Positions 1 to 11,671 of a stretch of DNA of 64,000 nucleotides are shown here, in pieces. Made by a program: the position numbers and the translations under genes. A model generated the notes under the pieces. That model saw only the letters and a list, made by a program, of their open reading frames with translations, had not been told where the DNA came from and made no database searches. Where the stretch lies: NCBI RefSeq assembly GCF_006345805.1, contig NC_043013.1, positions 9,300,001-9,364,000 of the forward strand. Reading direction: 5' to 3'. Source of the stretch: Octopus sinensis. Its lineage: Eukaryota. Each line of letters opens with the position of its first letter. Within the stretch, counting starts at the first letter, position 1.

Positions 1-361
1 TTCGTAAGAAAAAAATGACTAAGGAAAGATATTTCCAAATATTTTGATAATCACGAAGAATAACAAATATTTATAACTTTATCAGTGTTTAATAAGAACT
101 CCTAAATTACAAATCTAAAGCGAAGTAATAATAATAGATAATAGAAATGTCTAGAAGAATATTTTCTTCTAAGGAAGGCGTGCATGTCCGAACCGTATCC
201 AATTTATTCACTAGACAAATAAATTAATTAAATCTTCGCGCTTTCATACCTGTGATCTTATGTTATAACTTTGGACTGAAACTAGAGAATTATATATATA
301 TTATATAATATTTGTTACACTCACTACTTCGATGGAGTTTTGACTTGGTTCTTCTTCTCTA

Positions 362-388
362 ATGGGTGAATTAAAGGAAGCGGCTTTG
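362..388 (+). CDS. COPZ1: Coatomer subunit zeta, probable first coding exon (MGELKEAAL)
   Basis: ATG at 362 with an in-frame TGA upstream (341-343), strong donor TTG|GTAAGT at 389, phase 0 matching the next exon. Sequence is not conserved enough to recognise by homology. Confidence 0.62.
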
Positions 389-831
389 GTAAGTTGTCGA
401 AACTTCCTTGAAAGGTGTAAAAGTGGGTAATAAATAATATATCACCGATTATGTTTGTGGGACTCATTGATCTGACAGTTGGTGGTCATTTCCTCGGGAA
501 ATACTTTGATAAGTTCCTGTTTAACCCTAAGTCGGCTCTGATCGAGCAGATATATGATCACAGTCATTCCAGGTGTGGCCACGTGGATTATTTTCTGGGT
601 TTAGTCAACCTTGAGCAACGATATCTAATGTGTATCATCCTTTTTTTTTTTTTTTTTTCACAAGGAGATGCCGCTTGTATTTCGATTACACAGGGACTCG
701 TCTGTTCGACACAGAACAGTAATATTCTTAGGTAAACAATGCCCATCTCATGGTACATTTGTCAAAAGTGACAGGCTGCGAGGGACTTTGGGAGAAAAAA
801 AAAAAAAATAAAGGAAAATAGCCTCCATGCA

Positions 832-1146
832 ATCATCATCATCGTTTAACGTCCGCTTTCCATGCTGGCATGGTTTGGACGGTTTGACTGAGGACTGGCA
901 AGCCAGAAGGCTGCACCAAGCTCCAATCTGATCTGGCAAAGTTTCTACAGCTGGATGCCCTTCCTAATGCCAACCACTCTGAGAGTGTAGTGGGTGCTTT
1001 TTACGTGCCACCAGCACGAGGGCCAGTGAGGTGGTACTGGCATCGACCATGCTCAAATGGTACTTTTTACGTGCCACCAGCGCAGGAGCAAGTCAGGTGG
1101 TACTGGCAACGACCATGCTTGAATAGTACTTTTTACATGCCACCGG
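832..1146 (-). mobile_element. RTE 3' UTR-derived (GAT)n-tailed repeat (representative of many truncated copies)
   Basis: Same block at about 6689-6985(-), 8215-8313(+), 8520-8957(+), 11035-11270(+), 12262-12733(+), 21110-21382(+), 25598-25752(-), 32945-33180(-), 35092-35232(+), 35270-35400(-), 39692-39803(+), 50755-50930(+), 51795-51975(-). Confidence 0.85.
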
Positions 1147-1498
1147 TACGGGATATAACATGCTTATTGCATAAAGTACTTGGGTGCATCAGGAATTGGT
1201 AAAAGACAAACACAGAAAGTAGCAATGAGTAAAGAAAGACAACAATAATTGCCAAGAGCAGATGCACAGTGCACTAAATGAACACAAAAGATAGGAAAGT
1301 GCACAGTTGTAGAACCATTAAGATGAAATTACATATGCATAGGAGTGGCTGTGTGGTAAGTAGCTTACTTACGAACCACATGGTTCCGGGTTCAGTCCCA
1401 CTGCATGGCACCTTGGGCAAGTGTCTTCTACTATGGCCTCGGGCCGACCAAAGCCTTGTGAGTGGATTTGGTAGACGGAAACTGAAAGAAGCCCGTCG

Positions 1499-1529
<31 letters not shown>

Positions 1530-2467
1530 GTGTGTGTGTGTGTGTATATGTTTGTGTGCCTGTGTTTGTCCCCCCTAACATCGCTTGACAACCGATGCTG
1601 GTGTGTTTATGTCCCCGTAACTTAGCAGTTCGGCAAAAGAGACCGATAGAATAAGTACTAGGCTTACAAAGAATAAGTCCTGGGGTCGATTTGCTTGACT
1701 AAAAGGCGGTGCTCCAGCATGGCCACAGTCAAATGACTGAAACAAGTAAAAGAGTAAAAGAGAGAGTATGCAGGTCAACAGTAGTGTTGGCAAATTTTGG
1801 AAAGTATGGAGTTTTTGGTGTCCTGAAAGCTAACAACTGACATGGTAGTTTATTCCATGCTTTGTCAATTCTGAGCATATAAAAATTTTGATAAATAGTT
1901 TACAAACATTTTATCAGAATCTACCTGAAAGTAAAATTTATAAGTAACTTACACTCTAATGCCAATAGGCGCAGGCGTGGCTGTGTGGTAAGAAGTTTGC
2001 TTCCAAACCACATAACTCTGGGCTCACTCCCACTGCATGGCACCTTGGGCAGCAGATGTCTTCTAGTATAGCCCTGAGATGACCAAATCCTTGTGAGTGG
2101 ATTTGGTTGGCAGAAACTGAAAGAAGTACACTGCTTTGTACCGTTGGCGATTTTTTTTCCTCTGTCTTCCCTTCTCTGGATCTTTCCTTCTCCTATGTTT
2201 CCAACGAAGAGCTCCGCTCAAAACGTTAAACCCTCCTTCTTTCCTGAGCGTCCAATAATACTATATTTGTTCCATGTCCTTGCATTGTTGTGTTTCTTTG
2301 TGGTTTCTTGTTTGGATTAACTATATATATGTATATTATATATATATTTAATAAATATAAGGGTAGCAAAAATCTAGAAAAGATTCTCCGCTACCAGCGG
2401 CCTAGCAAGAAAGAAAAGATAGTCAAAGACTATATAATATACATTCAACAATATAAGGAATGGCCTA

Positions 2468-2523
<56 letters not shown>

Positions 2524-2608
2524 GTTAGAAAACAGAGATCTAATGGATACAAATTAATTTGTAATCATTAGATCTCTCTGTTTTCTAACTTATTTGTAAT
2601 ATTTGATA

Positions 2609-3000
2609 TCTCTCTCTATATAAAGCTGAAGTTGTCTGTGTGTGGCAGGTTTGGTAGCCTTCAACTAACACTATCTCCTCCGAGACCCTGCAGCACAAGT
2701 TGACCAAAATTGAGAGTATGATAGAAGAAGACTTGCTCTTCCTTCCGTAGAAGATAAATTTCGAATCGGACCATGTTAACACCAAAAATTATTTACATCA
2801 AAAAGGTTCTTTTTTCAATGAAAATCCCTATTTTTTACGATTTTTTGACTGCTGTGTCGCCATTTATCAGTGTATTTCAACCAGAAAAAATGTTCACTTA
2901 AAGAGAATAACAAGCTACATAATGCAAAACTTTTACTTTTCAAAAATTCCAATTCTACAGGGTCGAAACAAACCCGAGCAATGCCGGGCGATACGGCTAG
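2609..3000 (+). mobile_element. Non-autonomous Helitron, family 1
   Basis: A|TC start, CTAG|T end, subterminal CCCG-N8-CGGG hairpin; second copy at 19358-19749 (-). Confidence 0.8.
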
Positions 3001-3186
3001 TTTTATATAATATATTTATTGAAGAAATATCTCTTCAAAACACAATATATTATTCAAGTGTATCTTGGATAAAAGCATCTCTGTAAGAGGTCTTAATATC
3101 CTCATTGTGTCTATATATATAGATTTGTAAATAATATGGATAGCTTATTTGCAATTTTACAACCTAAAGGTAGAAATATAGACATC

Positions 3187-3419
3187 ACTAAAGTGATGAA
3201 GGGCACTAATCAGCATCAGTATTGCTAGAAATAAGAGTCAAAACAACTCAATAGCTACAGAAAGCGCCATCTTAATGACTGACAAGGGAGACAAGCTCCC
3301 TTCAGCAAGGAGCTTGTCTCCCTTGTCAGTCGTTAAGATAGCGCTTTCTGGGTTATTGAGTTGTTTTGACTCTTATTTCTAGCAATACTGGTGCTGATTA
3401 ATGCCCTTGTCATTTTAGT
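3187..3419. repeat. Fold-back element, ~110-bp arms, 9-nt loop, GACATC direct repeat at both flanks
   Basis: GACAAGGGAGACAAGCTCC / GGAGCTTGTCTCCCTTGTC at the centre; arms continue with few mismatches. Confidence 0.88.
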
Positions 3420-4068
3420 GACATCGGTATATATATATATATATATATATCGCCATGATATATCGTTAGCCACTACACACATTTTTTTCTCTCTTTGTTT
3501 CTCTCCTTGTTTTTTTTGTGTCCCTTCCTGTAGAGGAGTATAGGCTCGAAACGTAAAAGACTTTTCCTATTCCTGAGCGTTATACTAATACATCTGTTTG
3601 TTTTGTACACCACCTGTCTTCGTCTTTTGTTTTTTTCATATGCTTATTGCATATATGTATTTATGTGTGTCTATCTTTGTATCTGTGTTTGTCCCCTGAC
3701 ACCACTTGACAACCGGTGTTGGTGTGTTTATGTCTCCATATCGCAAATGAGGATGAAAGAATGAGTACTGGAGTTGATAAGTTCAACTAAAATTCTTCCA
3801 GGCATTGTCCCAGCATGACTGCTGTCCAATGACTGAAACAAGTGAAAGATAGAAGATAAAAAGGTTCACCCAAAGAGTGTTGACATTAAATGTATAATAT
3901 CATAGCATCTTTGGAAGTGTTCTTTTATAGACGCCAATAATGTATCAAAGTATCACTATCCAAATTTATAGGGAATGTAATTAGATAGCATGTCTTTCTG
4001 AAACAGTTTTGTAAATGAAATGAAATACTGTATTGAGTGATTGGTAATTCTTTGAAATATCGTTGCAG

Positions 4069-4137
4069 GAACCCACTTTGCAGACTATCAAAGCCATTGT
4101 TATCCTGGATAACGATGGTTGTCGTCTTGTAGCCAAA
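4069..4137 (+). CDS. COPZ1: Coatomer subunit zeta exon (EPTLQTIKAIVILDNDGCRLVAK)
   Basis: TTGCAG acceptor and GTAAGT donor, 69 nt; closely matches the zeta-COP N-terminal motif [23 protein letters not shown]. Confidence 0.96.
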
Positions 4138-4334
4138 GTAAGTGACTTTCATATTTCTTATTCTTATTAACACTCTATGTAATGATCAAAGGGGTAGGCT
4201 ACTGAATGGCACCTTGAAGTTGACTGCTCACATCATCACAGTCATCGTCTACGAATCACTTTTCCATGCTTGCATGGGTCCACTGGAATTTGTTGGAATA
4301 TTTTCTGTGGTTGGATGCCCTTCCTGTTACTAAC

Positions 4335-4890
4335 ATTTACCTGTTTCCGAGCAAAAGTACTAATTGTGGAGGGAACATGCAGAAGGGGCAGACCCAAAAA
4401 GATGGATGTGGGATGAAGTGGTGAGAAAAGGTCTTCAGACAATGGGGTTCACAGAGGAGATGACAAGGGCCCAAGACTTCTGCCGGTTTGCTGTACTTGA
4501 GAAGACACACCAAGCTTAGTAAAACAGTGATCGTTTCTGCATACAGGCATGTCCCCTACATCCCTCACTCAGCCGAGAGATCCTAGTCTTGTGGGCTAAT
4601 GGGTGCTGCGCCATGTAAAAGTACCTGTGCTGGTGTTACATAAAAGTGACTGTGCCAATACCATGTGTAAGTGGCCCATTCCAGTGGCACATAAATGGCA
4701 CCCGTGCTGGTGCCATATAAAAACCATCCAGTATGCTCTGTAAAGTGGTTGGCATTAGGAAGGGCATCCAGTCGAAACCATGCAAAAACTGACAGATGGT
4801 GCTCACACAGCCTTCCAGTTAGCCAAATCCTATCAAACCGTCCAACTCATGCCAGCATGGAGAACAGACGTTAAAAGATGATGATGATGA
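4335..4890 (+). mobile_element. Decayed RTE LINE 3' end
   Basis: GAGGGAACATGCAGAAGGGGCAGACCC (EGTCRRGRP) followed by the same UTR and a (GAT)n tail at ~4878-4890. Confidence 0.8.
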
Positions 4891-5763
4891 TGTTGTAATA
4901 CTTCCCCATGGCTAGATATTATTTTTTCATGGAAGACTGGAACAAACAACACTGCTTGGATGATGGTGATGCTTGTTTACAATATCATCACGTCAGGACA
5001 AGTGCACACAAACACACATTTCAATTTCTGTCTGTGAAATCTGTTCTATTAGGGGCTACAAAAGGAGACACTTACCCACTGTACTGTGCAGCAGGATTGA
5101 ACCCAAGACAAAATGGCTAGGAAGCAAGCTTCTTTAGCCACACCTGCACCAGGTACAGTATTATGCCTATGACCCAATAAAGAGTAAAGACCCCCTTCAA
5201 TCAAGAATGACCATGAAATTGTCCCTAGAAAGTTACCCTCCGAGGCACAAGTCTGGTTAAGGTTGTTCATAGAAGACAAGCAGTCGCCCATTCATACCAT
5301 CTTCCCCTCTCCACGTCACTTATGTGATCCAAAGGAAAGGCAAAGGCCAATACAGCTTGGTGCCAGTGATGGCACAACCTATTTCTACAGCTGAAATAAA
5401 GTGTCTTGCTCAAGAACACAACACACAGCCTGGTTTGGGAATCAAACTTACTACCTCATGATTGTGAGCCCAGTGCTCTAACTACTGAGCCATGCACCTT
5501 CACATACTCTTAATTAATTAGTCATATGTGTTATATAGCATATTTCAGATAATCTGAAATTTTATGTAGGTGTACTTACCACAAGCCTCACTGAATACAG
5601 ACAAATGTTTATTTTCTCTGGTGTAGAAAAAATATTTGGATTGTAGAGTTGCAAATACGTGTTTATACTGTTTGTAGTGGCTTATAATTTAAAAATTATA
5701 GCTATACTAAAATGGGAAGCAAGCTTTTACTACACAGCGACACCTGCGATATATATATATATA

Positions 5764-5795
<32 letters not shown>

Positions 5796-5893
5796 ATAGT
5801 TATTATTTGAGGGAATAAAATCCAAACTTACAAGGAAAAAATTCAATTTAGAAATACTAAATCAAATTTCACACAATATAATATATATATATA

Positions 5894-6187
5894 TTAGAAA
5901 AAAAACACCTTTTATCAATTCAAAATGAACAATTAAATTACACCATCTAGAAAATTACATATAATAGAAATATTAAAATTAAAATAACGATAAAATGTCA
6001 AAGATTGAGTAAATTGCACAAAATAATATTAATAATAATATATATTATATACGTTTTTATTATTATTTTGTGCAATTTACTCAATCTTTGACATTTTATT
6101 GTTATTTTAATTTTAATATTTCTATTATATGTAATTTTCTAGATGGTGTAATTTAATTGTTCATTTTGAATTGATAAAAGGTGGGTT

Positions 6188-6195
<8 letters not shown>
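5894..6195. repeat. Near-perfect inverted repeat, 134-bp arms, 34-bp spacer, embedded in (TA)n
   Basis: 5894-6027 versus 6062-6195 with about 3 mismatches. Confidence 0.93.
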
Positions 6196-6259
<64 letters not shown>

Positions 6260-6268
<9 letters not shown>

Positions 6269-6439
6269 ATTGGTGAATTGAAGAAATGGAGCTGAACGCA
6301 GATTGAACAGAAATCGTTTTATTTCATTCTACACGTGTTTCGAAAGGCATGCCTTTCGAAACACGTGTAGAATGAAATAAAACGATTTCTGTTCAATCTG
6401 CGTTCAGCTCCATTTCTTCAATTCACCAATAATGTTTTA
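6260..6439. repeat. Perfect 180-bp palindrome (90-bp arms, no spacer)
   Basis: Arms compared base by base; centre GGCA|TGCC at 6349/6350. Confidence 0.97.
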
Positions 6440-7103
6440 ATTTCAATTATCCGCACCAACGCACGGTTGCAACGCCAGATGGTTGTACCTCCAACCGTGC
6501 TGTTTACTGCTGTGATTTTTGCTACTAAGGTATCGGTTAAACTTTTGATTAATCTACTACAAGATTATTCATCTTTCTATTTCACATAATATATATATAT
6601 ATATTTATATATACATACACACACACACAAACCTACACGTAGGCATGCTGTTAGGTTTTCATACTGAATGAAAATATTAGATTATATGTCATCGTCATCA
6701 TTTAACGTCCATTGTCCATGCTGGCTTGGGTTGGACGTTTTAACCAGGGCTGGTAAGCTGAAGTGCTGCACCAGACTCTAATTACGATTTGGCAGGGTTT
6801 TTACAGTTGGATGCTCTTTCCTAACACCAACCGCTCCGAGAGTGTAATGGATACTTTTACGTGCCACCGGCTGACACCAATATGTGCCATGGCTCCGATT
6901 TCATTTGACTGGATGGGTTTTCTTCTCAATCACGTCTTCTGTCATTGCCTCCATGAGGCCCAGCGTTCGGAAGGTACTTTGTGCGTGTAAATGAATGTCA
7001 AGTAGTTGTGTCTTTGATAAAGTGATTCATTTACAAATTTAATAATGACTGTATTTGTAAAGGATCACTAAGAACTTTCGTGATCCCAGATTAGATAGAA
7101 ACT

Positions 7104-7344
7104 AAGCATATTGTGTTGTGTATGGGGAGAGTCACTTTCTTTTTGTACCTTATAATGTAACACATTCACCGGTAAAATTTCCACTTATTTTTTATTTTTA
7201 TTTTCCTAAAATTTTCGTTGCGTCTTGCAACCTTTTCACTAGGAAAATGAAAATAAGAAATAAGTGGAAATTTTACCGGTGAATGTGTTACATCATAATG
7301 CACAAAAAGAAAGTGATTCTCCCCATACACAACAGAATATGCTT
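7104..7344. repeat. Fold-back element, ~105-bp arms, ~31-nt spacer
   Basis: AAGCATATT...TTTTCCTA versus TAGGAAAA...AATATGCTT. Confidence 0.9.
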
Positions 7345-8359
7345 CAACACACAAACTCGTATAAAGAATCTTGCTAACCAAATCTAAAAACGAAATAAGC
7401 ATATTGAATATACGAGAATTATCTCCCTTGCATTGTTCCCCTCATGTTCCTTCACAGGAACAACTCGTCCGCGTCAGAATTTCCAGGGATTCACAGACAA
7501 ATCACCTGTTGCAGTGTTTAACATTTTGGTCCTGTCAATATGTGTTTAGATATTTACATAGTTTTATTGTTTTACATTGTCTGATGTTTGATTGAATTTT
7601 TTTATATTTAATTTTTTCGGGTCAATTTCGTTGATTTTATACGGAAGTGGTCCATGGATTGGAGGAAGTCTATCCAATTCATTGCAAACATGGAAAAAGC
7701 GGATGTAAAATGATTGTCTCTTGATCCTTATGTCTACTGGCCTATATATATATCTTGAAGGCTCTATTTTCCATGTTTACATGGGTAGAATGAATGTTGT
7801 TATCCGACAGCCAGATAGGAACAAACGGAGTTATCTACCTTGCATACCGGAGTGATGTTATTACTTTTGTACATTATTGGATCTTTTATTCAGCTTCCCA
7901 AAGTCCGGGTATACGGTGCACCATCATACTATATTCTGTATTCAGTTAACAGACCCTGTTTTTGAAGTTGGTTAATTTGCCTACAATGTGTTAAAATAGT
8001 TTTTTTTTTTTTTTTAAATGGATTGATAAAGATTAAACATACACAACTTTAGAAGTCTATTAATGTGTACTTCTGTTAAATAAAACCATGTTCTTCACTT
8101 TTTTTTTGTTTAATTTTCGTCTTTTAAACATTATGCTATATACATGATGCATTATAGTAATATTTTAAGAAATTTAAGTGAATCAATAGCTATCAGACAG
8201 ACTGTGCTTTCAGATTGGAGTCTGGTGCAGCCACCTGGTTCGCCAGACCTCAGTCAAATCGTCCAACCCATGCTAGAATGGAAAGCGGATGTTAAACGAT
8301 GATGATGATGATGTTTCTAAAGTATGTTTGTTATTGTTTTGTTTCCTTGCTATTTGCAG

Positions 8360-8441
8360 TATTATGATAAAACTTTCACGACTGTGAAGGAACAGAAAGA
8401 TTTTGAAAAGAATCTCTTCAACAAGACATACCGAGCAAATG
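8360..8441 (+). CDS. COPZ1: Coatomer subunit zeta exon (YYDKTFTTVKEQKDFEKNLFNKTYRAN-)
   Basis: TTTGCAG acceptor and GTAAGC donor, 82 nt, phase 0 to 1; matches the zeta-COP KEQKAFEKNIFNKT motif. Confidence 0.96.
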
Positions 8442-9039
8442 GTAAGCTATGTTTTGATTTCTTTCATTATTAAAGTAATATTTAATGCTTGATCATTTCA
8501 TTGGGAATTAATTGCGTGATTTCTGTGCTGGTGGCACGTAAAAGGACACCATTCGAGGCTGATCGTTACCAATGACGCCTTACTGGCACCTGTGCCGGTG
8601 GCATGTGTAAAAAGATTCGAGCGAGGTCATTGCCAGTACTGCCTGACTGGCCCCCATGCCGTGGCACGTAAAAGGGCACCATTCGAGCGTGATCGCTACC
8701 AACGTCGCCTTACTGGCACCTGTGCCGGTGGCATGTGTAAAAAGATTCCAGCGAGGTCATTGATAGTACCGCCTGACAGGCATTAGGAAGGGCATCCAGC
8801 TGTGGTTGGCATTAGGAAGTGCATCCAGCTGTATAAAACTCTGCCAGGTCAAGAATGGAGCCTGGTGCAGCCATACGGTTCACCAGCCCTCAGTCAAAAT
8901 CGTCCAACCCATACTTGCATGGAAAGCAGACGTTAAACGATGATGATGATGATGATGGTACAAGCTGAAAGTTGGTGTGTCAGCAGATCGTATTATGAGG
9001 ATGAAAGAAGTGGAGCAGTAATTTTGTGTAAATCAGTAT

Positions 9040-9710
9040 ATTATTGGTGAAAAGTGTTTATGAAATGACAGAAGTACATTAATCCTCATTGATACTAAGA
9101 AGAAAACAGGTATACAAATGCTATGAGACGTTATTGAATGAAGAGAATGTGTATAAGAGAGAGGAGCAGAGAGGTCTACTACAAGTACACCAAAATAAGG
9201 ACTGGATATTGAGGTTAACAATATGTTTATGATTATTGGCAATTGTTTGGTTGAGAGGATTCTTGAATGTAGTAGAGCCACAGAAATGCTGAAAATACTT
9301 CCTGAAGTTCACAACCATCACATGATGGATGCCAAGTTAAGGGTGCACACAAATAACCCCCCCCACTATATACGTATATATGATGGGCTTCTTCCTGTCT
9401 CTCTTTACTAAATCTACTCAAAAGGATTGGATTTAGTTGGCTTGAGGCTATAGTAAAAGAAACTAGCCCAAGATGACACACAGCATGATTGAAACTGAGT
9501 CCACATGGTTTGGAAGCAAGTTTCTTCACCACACAGCCAAGCCTATGCTTATGTATGGAAGCTATTACATCTGTTGGCAACAAAGAGATACCCTATGAAT
9601 GAAGGGCAGATTGTGTGATGCTTGAGCATGAAATGCAGTAGTATATGGTAGCAAAAATGGACATTAAATACAGAGGATGTGTGAAGATTGGTAAGAAATT
9701 AGGTGAACAA
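9040..9710 (+). mobile_element. Two strongly decayed RTE ORF fragments split by a SINE
   Basis: KCYETLLNEEN-like segment (~9040-9345) and LLATK...KWTLNTEDV-RLVRN-like segment (~9565-9710), both with stops. Confidence 0.5.
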
Positions 9711-10343
9711 TGACGACCCTCTTCATTGCTTTTAGTTATAAATCCACTTTCAGGAGTCTAAAAATTTTTCCTGAGTTTCGAGATTTAAGGGGAGGTAACT
9801 GTGTGTTTACTGATGTTAGCTGACATATGGTGCTATTTTTGCATGGTCGAGGCAGCAGAAAGTGTCTCTTTCTGGTCATGACGCAAAAGAGAGAGAAAGA
9901 GAGAGGAGTTAAGCTGGAAGCCAAGAGGAGAAAATGAGTAGCGATTTGGCTGTCACTTTTTACCCATCAATGGGAAGATGTTACAGTTTAGGGTCGAAAC
10001 ACTCAATGATCTTTGGATGAGTCAGATGACATCACCAAAGGTGAATGAAAGAGGGCTGACCAAAGTCCTGTTAGTGGGTTTGGAAGATAGAAACTAAAAG
10101 AAGCCTATCGTGTTCACACTCACACACACACATATCTGTATATGTATGTATATGTGTGTGTATATTTGTGTCTCTTTTGAGAGTGGGTTTCAGTAACTGA
10201 TGAGGAGCTGGAACGAGAGGTAGAGATGGTGGTGATAAGGTCTTAGGGTGAGCCCTGGGTGCAGCTCATTCCACCTCCACACCAGTCACCGAAACCCGTT
10301 CTTCGTGTGACAGTCACAAATGAGTATCACATTCACACTAACA

Positions 10344-10492
10344 ATGGCCAGATACATTTTCACAGAATCTGAATATGAATGACATTCATCATCATCATCA
10401 TCATCATCATCATCGTAAAACGGATGTTAAACGATGATGATGATGATGAATGTCATTCATATTCAGGATTCTGTGAAAATGTATCTGGCCAT
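10344..10492. repeat. Inverted duplication centred on opposed (CAT)n/(GAT)n tails
   Basis: TGGCCAGATACATTTTCACAGAATC-TGAATATGAATGACATTCATC mirrored downstream with one inserted base. Confidence 0.9.
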
Positions 10493-10741
10493 GGGGAAGT
10501 ATTACTTCATTTGGAATCAGGTGAGGGTTAGTGACAGGCAGGGCAAGCATCCAGCTGTAGAAAATCTGCTTCAATAAACTTCATCCGACCCATGCAAGCA
10601 TAGAAAAGTAGATGTTAAAATGATGGCAATAATGTATATATATACACACACACATACACACCCATATATACTCCTCCTTGTAATGTCTGGTTTCATGTCA
10701 AATTTTTCACAATTTCTTATTTCATTTATTTCTGTTTTCAG

Positions 10742-10833
10742 CTGAAATTATCATGCTTGAAGGTTTGACCTGTGTGTATAAAAGTAATGTTGACCTCTAC
10801 TTTTATGTGATTGGAAGTTCGCAGGAAAACGAG
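10742..10833 (+). CDS. COPZ1: Coatomer subunit zeta exon ([31 protein letters not shown])
   Basis: Polypyrimidine tract with TTTCAG acceptor and GAG|GTGGGT donor, 92 nt, phase 1 to 0; conserved [13 protein letters not shown] motif. Confidence 0.97.
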
Positions 10834-11299
10834 GTGGGTGCCATTTGAGCCCTTGACACTTCTTATCTTAATGTCTTTTAACTTTCATTTGCATTTGTTG
10901 CTAGCGACACTTTCATTTATGTTTTCCTTCTGACCATGTGGCATTTTCAGTCTCACCTATATCACTGGTATTGGTTGCTGAACAGTCCATGCCAGCATGG
11001 AAGGCAAATATTAACAAGATGATTGACTGCCTTCCGTGCCGGTGGCATGTAAAAAGCACCAATTTTATCGTGGCCGTTGCCAGCCTCACCTGGCACGTAA
11101 AAAGCACCCACTACACTCATGGAGTGGTTGGCGTTAGGAAGGGCATCCAGCTGTAGAAACACTGCCAGATCAGACTGGAGCCTGGTGCAGCCTCCTTACT
11201 TCCCAGACCCCGGTCGAACCGTCCAATCCATGCTAGCACGGAAAACGGACGTTAAACGATGATGATGATAATGAAAAAACAATGTTAATCATCAGTGAA

Positions 11300-11671
11300 T
11301 ATAGGAGCACTCCGTCGGTTGCGACAATGAGGGTCCCAGCTGATACGATCAACGGAACAGCTTGCTCGTGATATTAATGTGCAAGTGGCTGAGCACTCTA
11401 CAGACACGTGTACCCTTAACGTAGTTCTCGAGGAGATTCAGCGTGACAAGGCTAGCCCTTTGAAATACAGGCACAAGAGAAACAGGAAGAAAGAGTGAGA
11501 GAAAGTTGTGGTGAAAGAGTACAGCAGGGTTCACCACCACCCCCTGCCGGAGCCTCATGGAGCTTTAGGTGTTTTCGCTCAATAAACACTCACAATGCCC
11601 GGTCTGGGAATCGAAACCGCGATCCTCCGACCGCGAGTCTGCTGCCCTAACCACTGGGCCATTGTGCCTCC
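11300..11671 (-). mobile_element. tRNA-head SINE family D
   Basis: Minus strand starts TGGAGGCACAATGGCCCAGTGGTTAGGGC...GGTTTCGATTCCCAG (Pol III A/B boxes) followed by a non-tRNA body. Confidence 0.65.

Noticed and set aside
451-735. 94-aa ORF downstream of the first COPZ1 exon
   Set aside because: It has no recognisable domain, runs through a poly-T tract and lies in the inferred intron 1.
11600-11671. tRNA-like sequences at SINE heads (also 14428-14500 and 29693-29760)
   Set aside because: They lack a complete cloverleaf and acceptor stem and continue into repeat bodies, so they are not tRNA genes.
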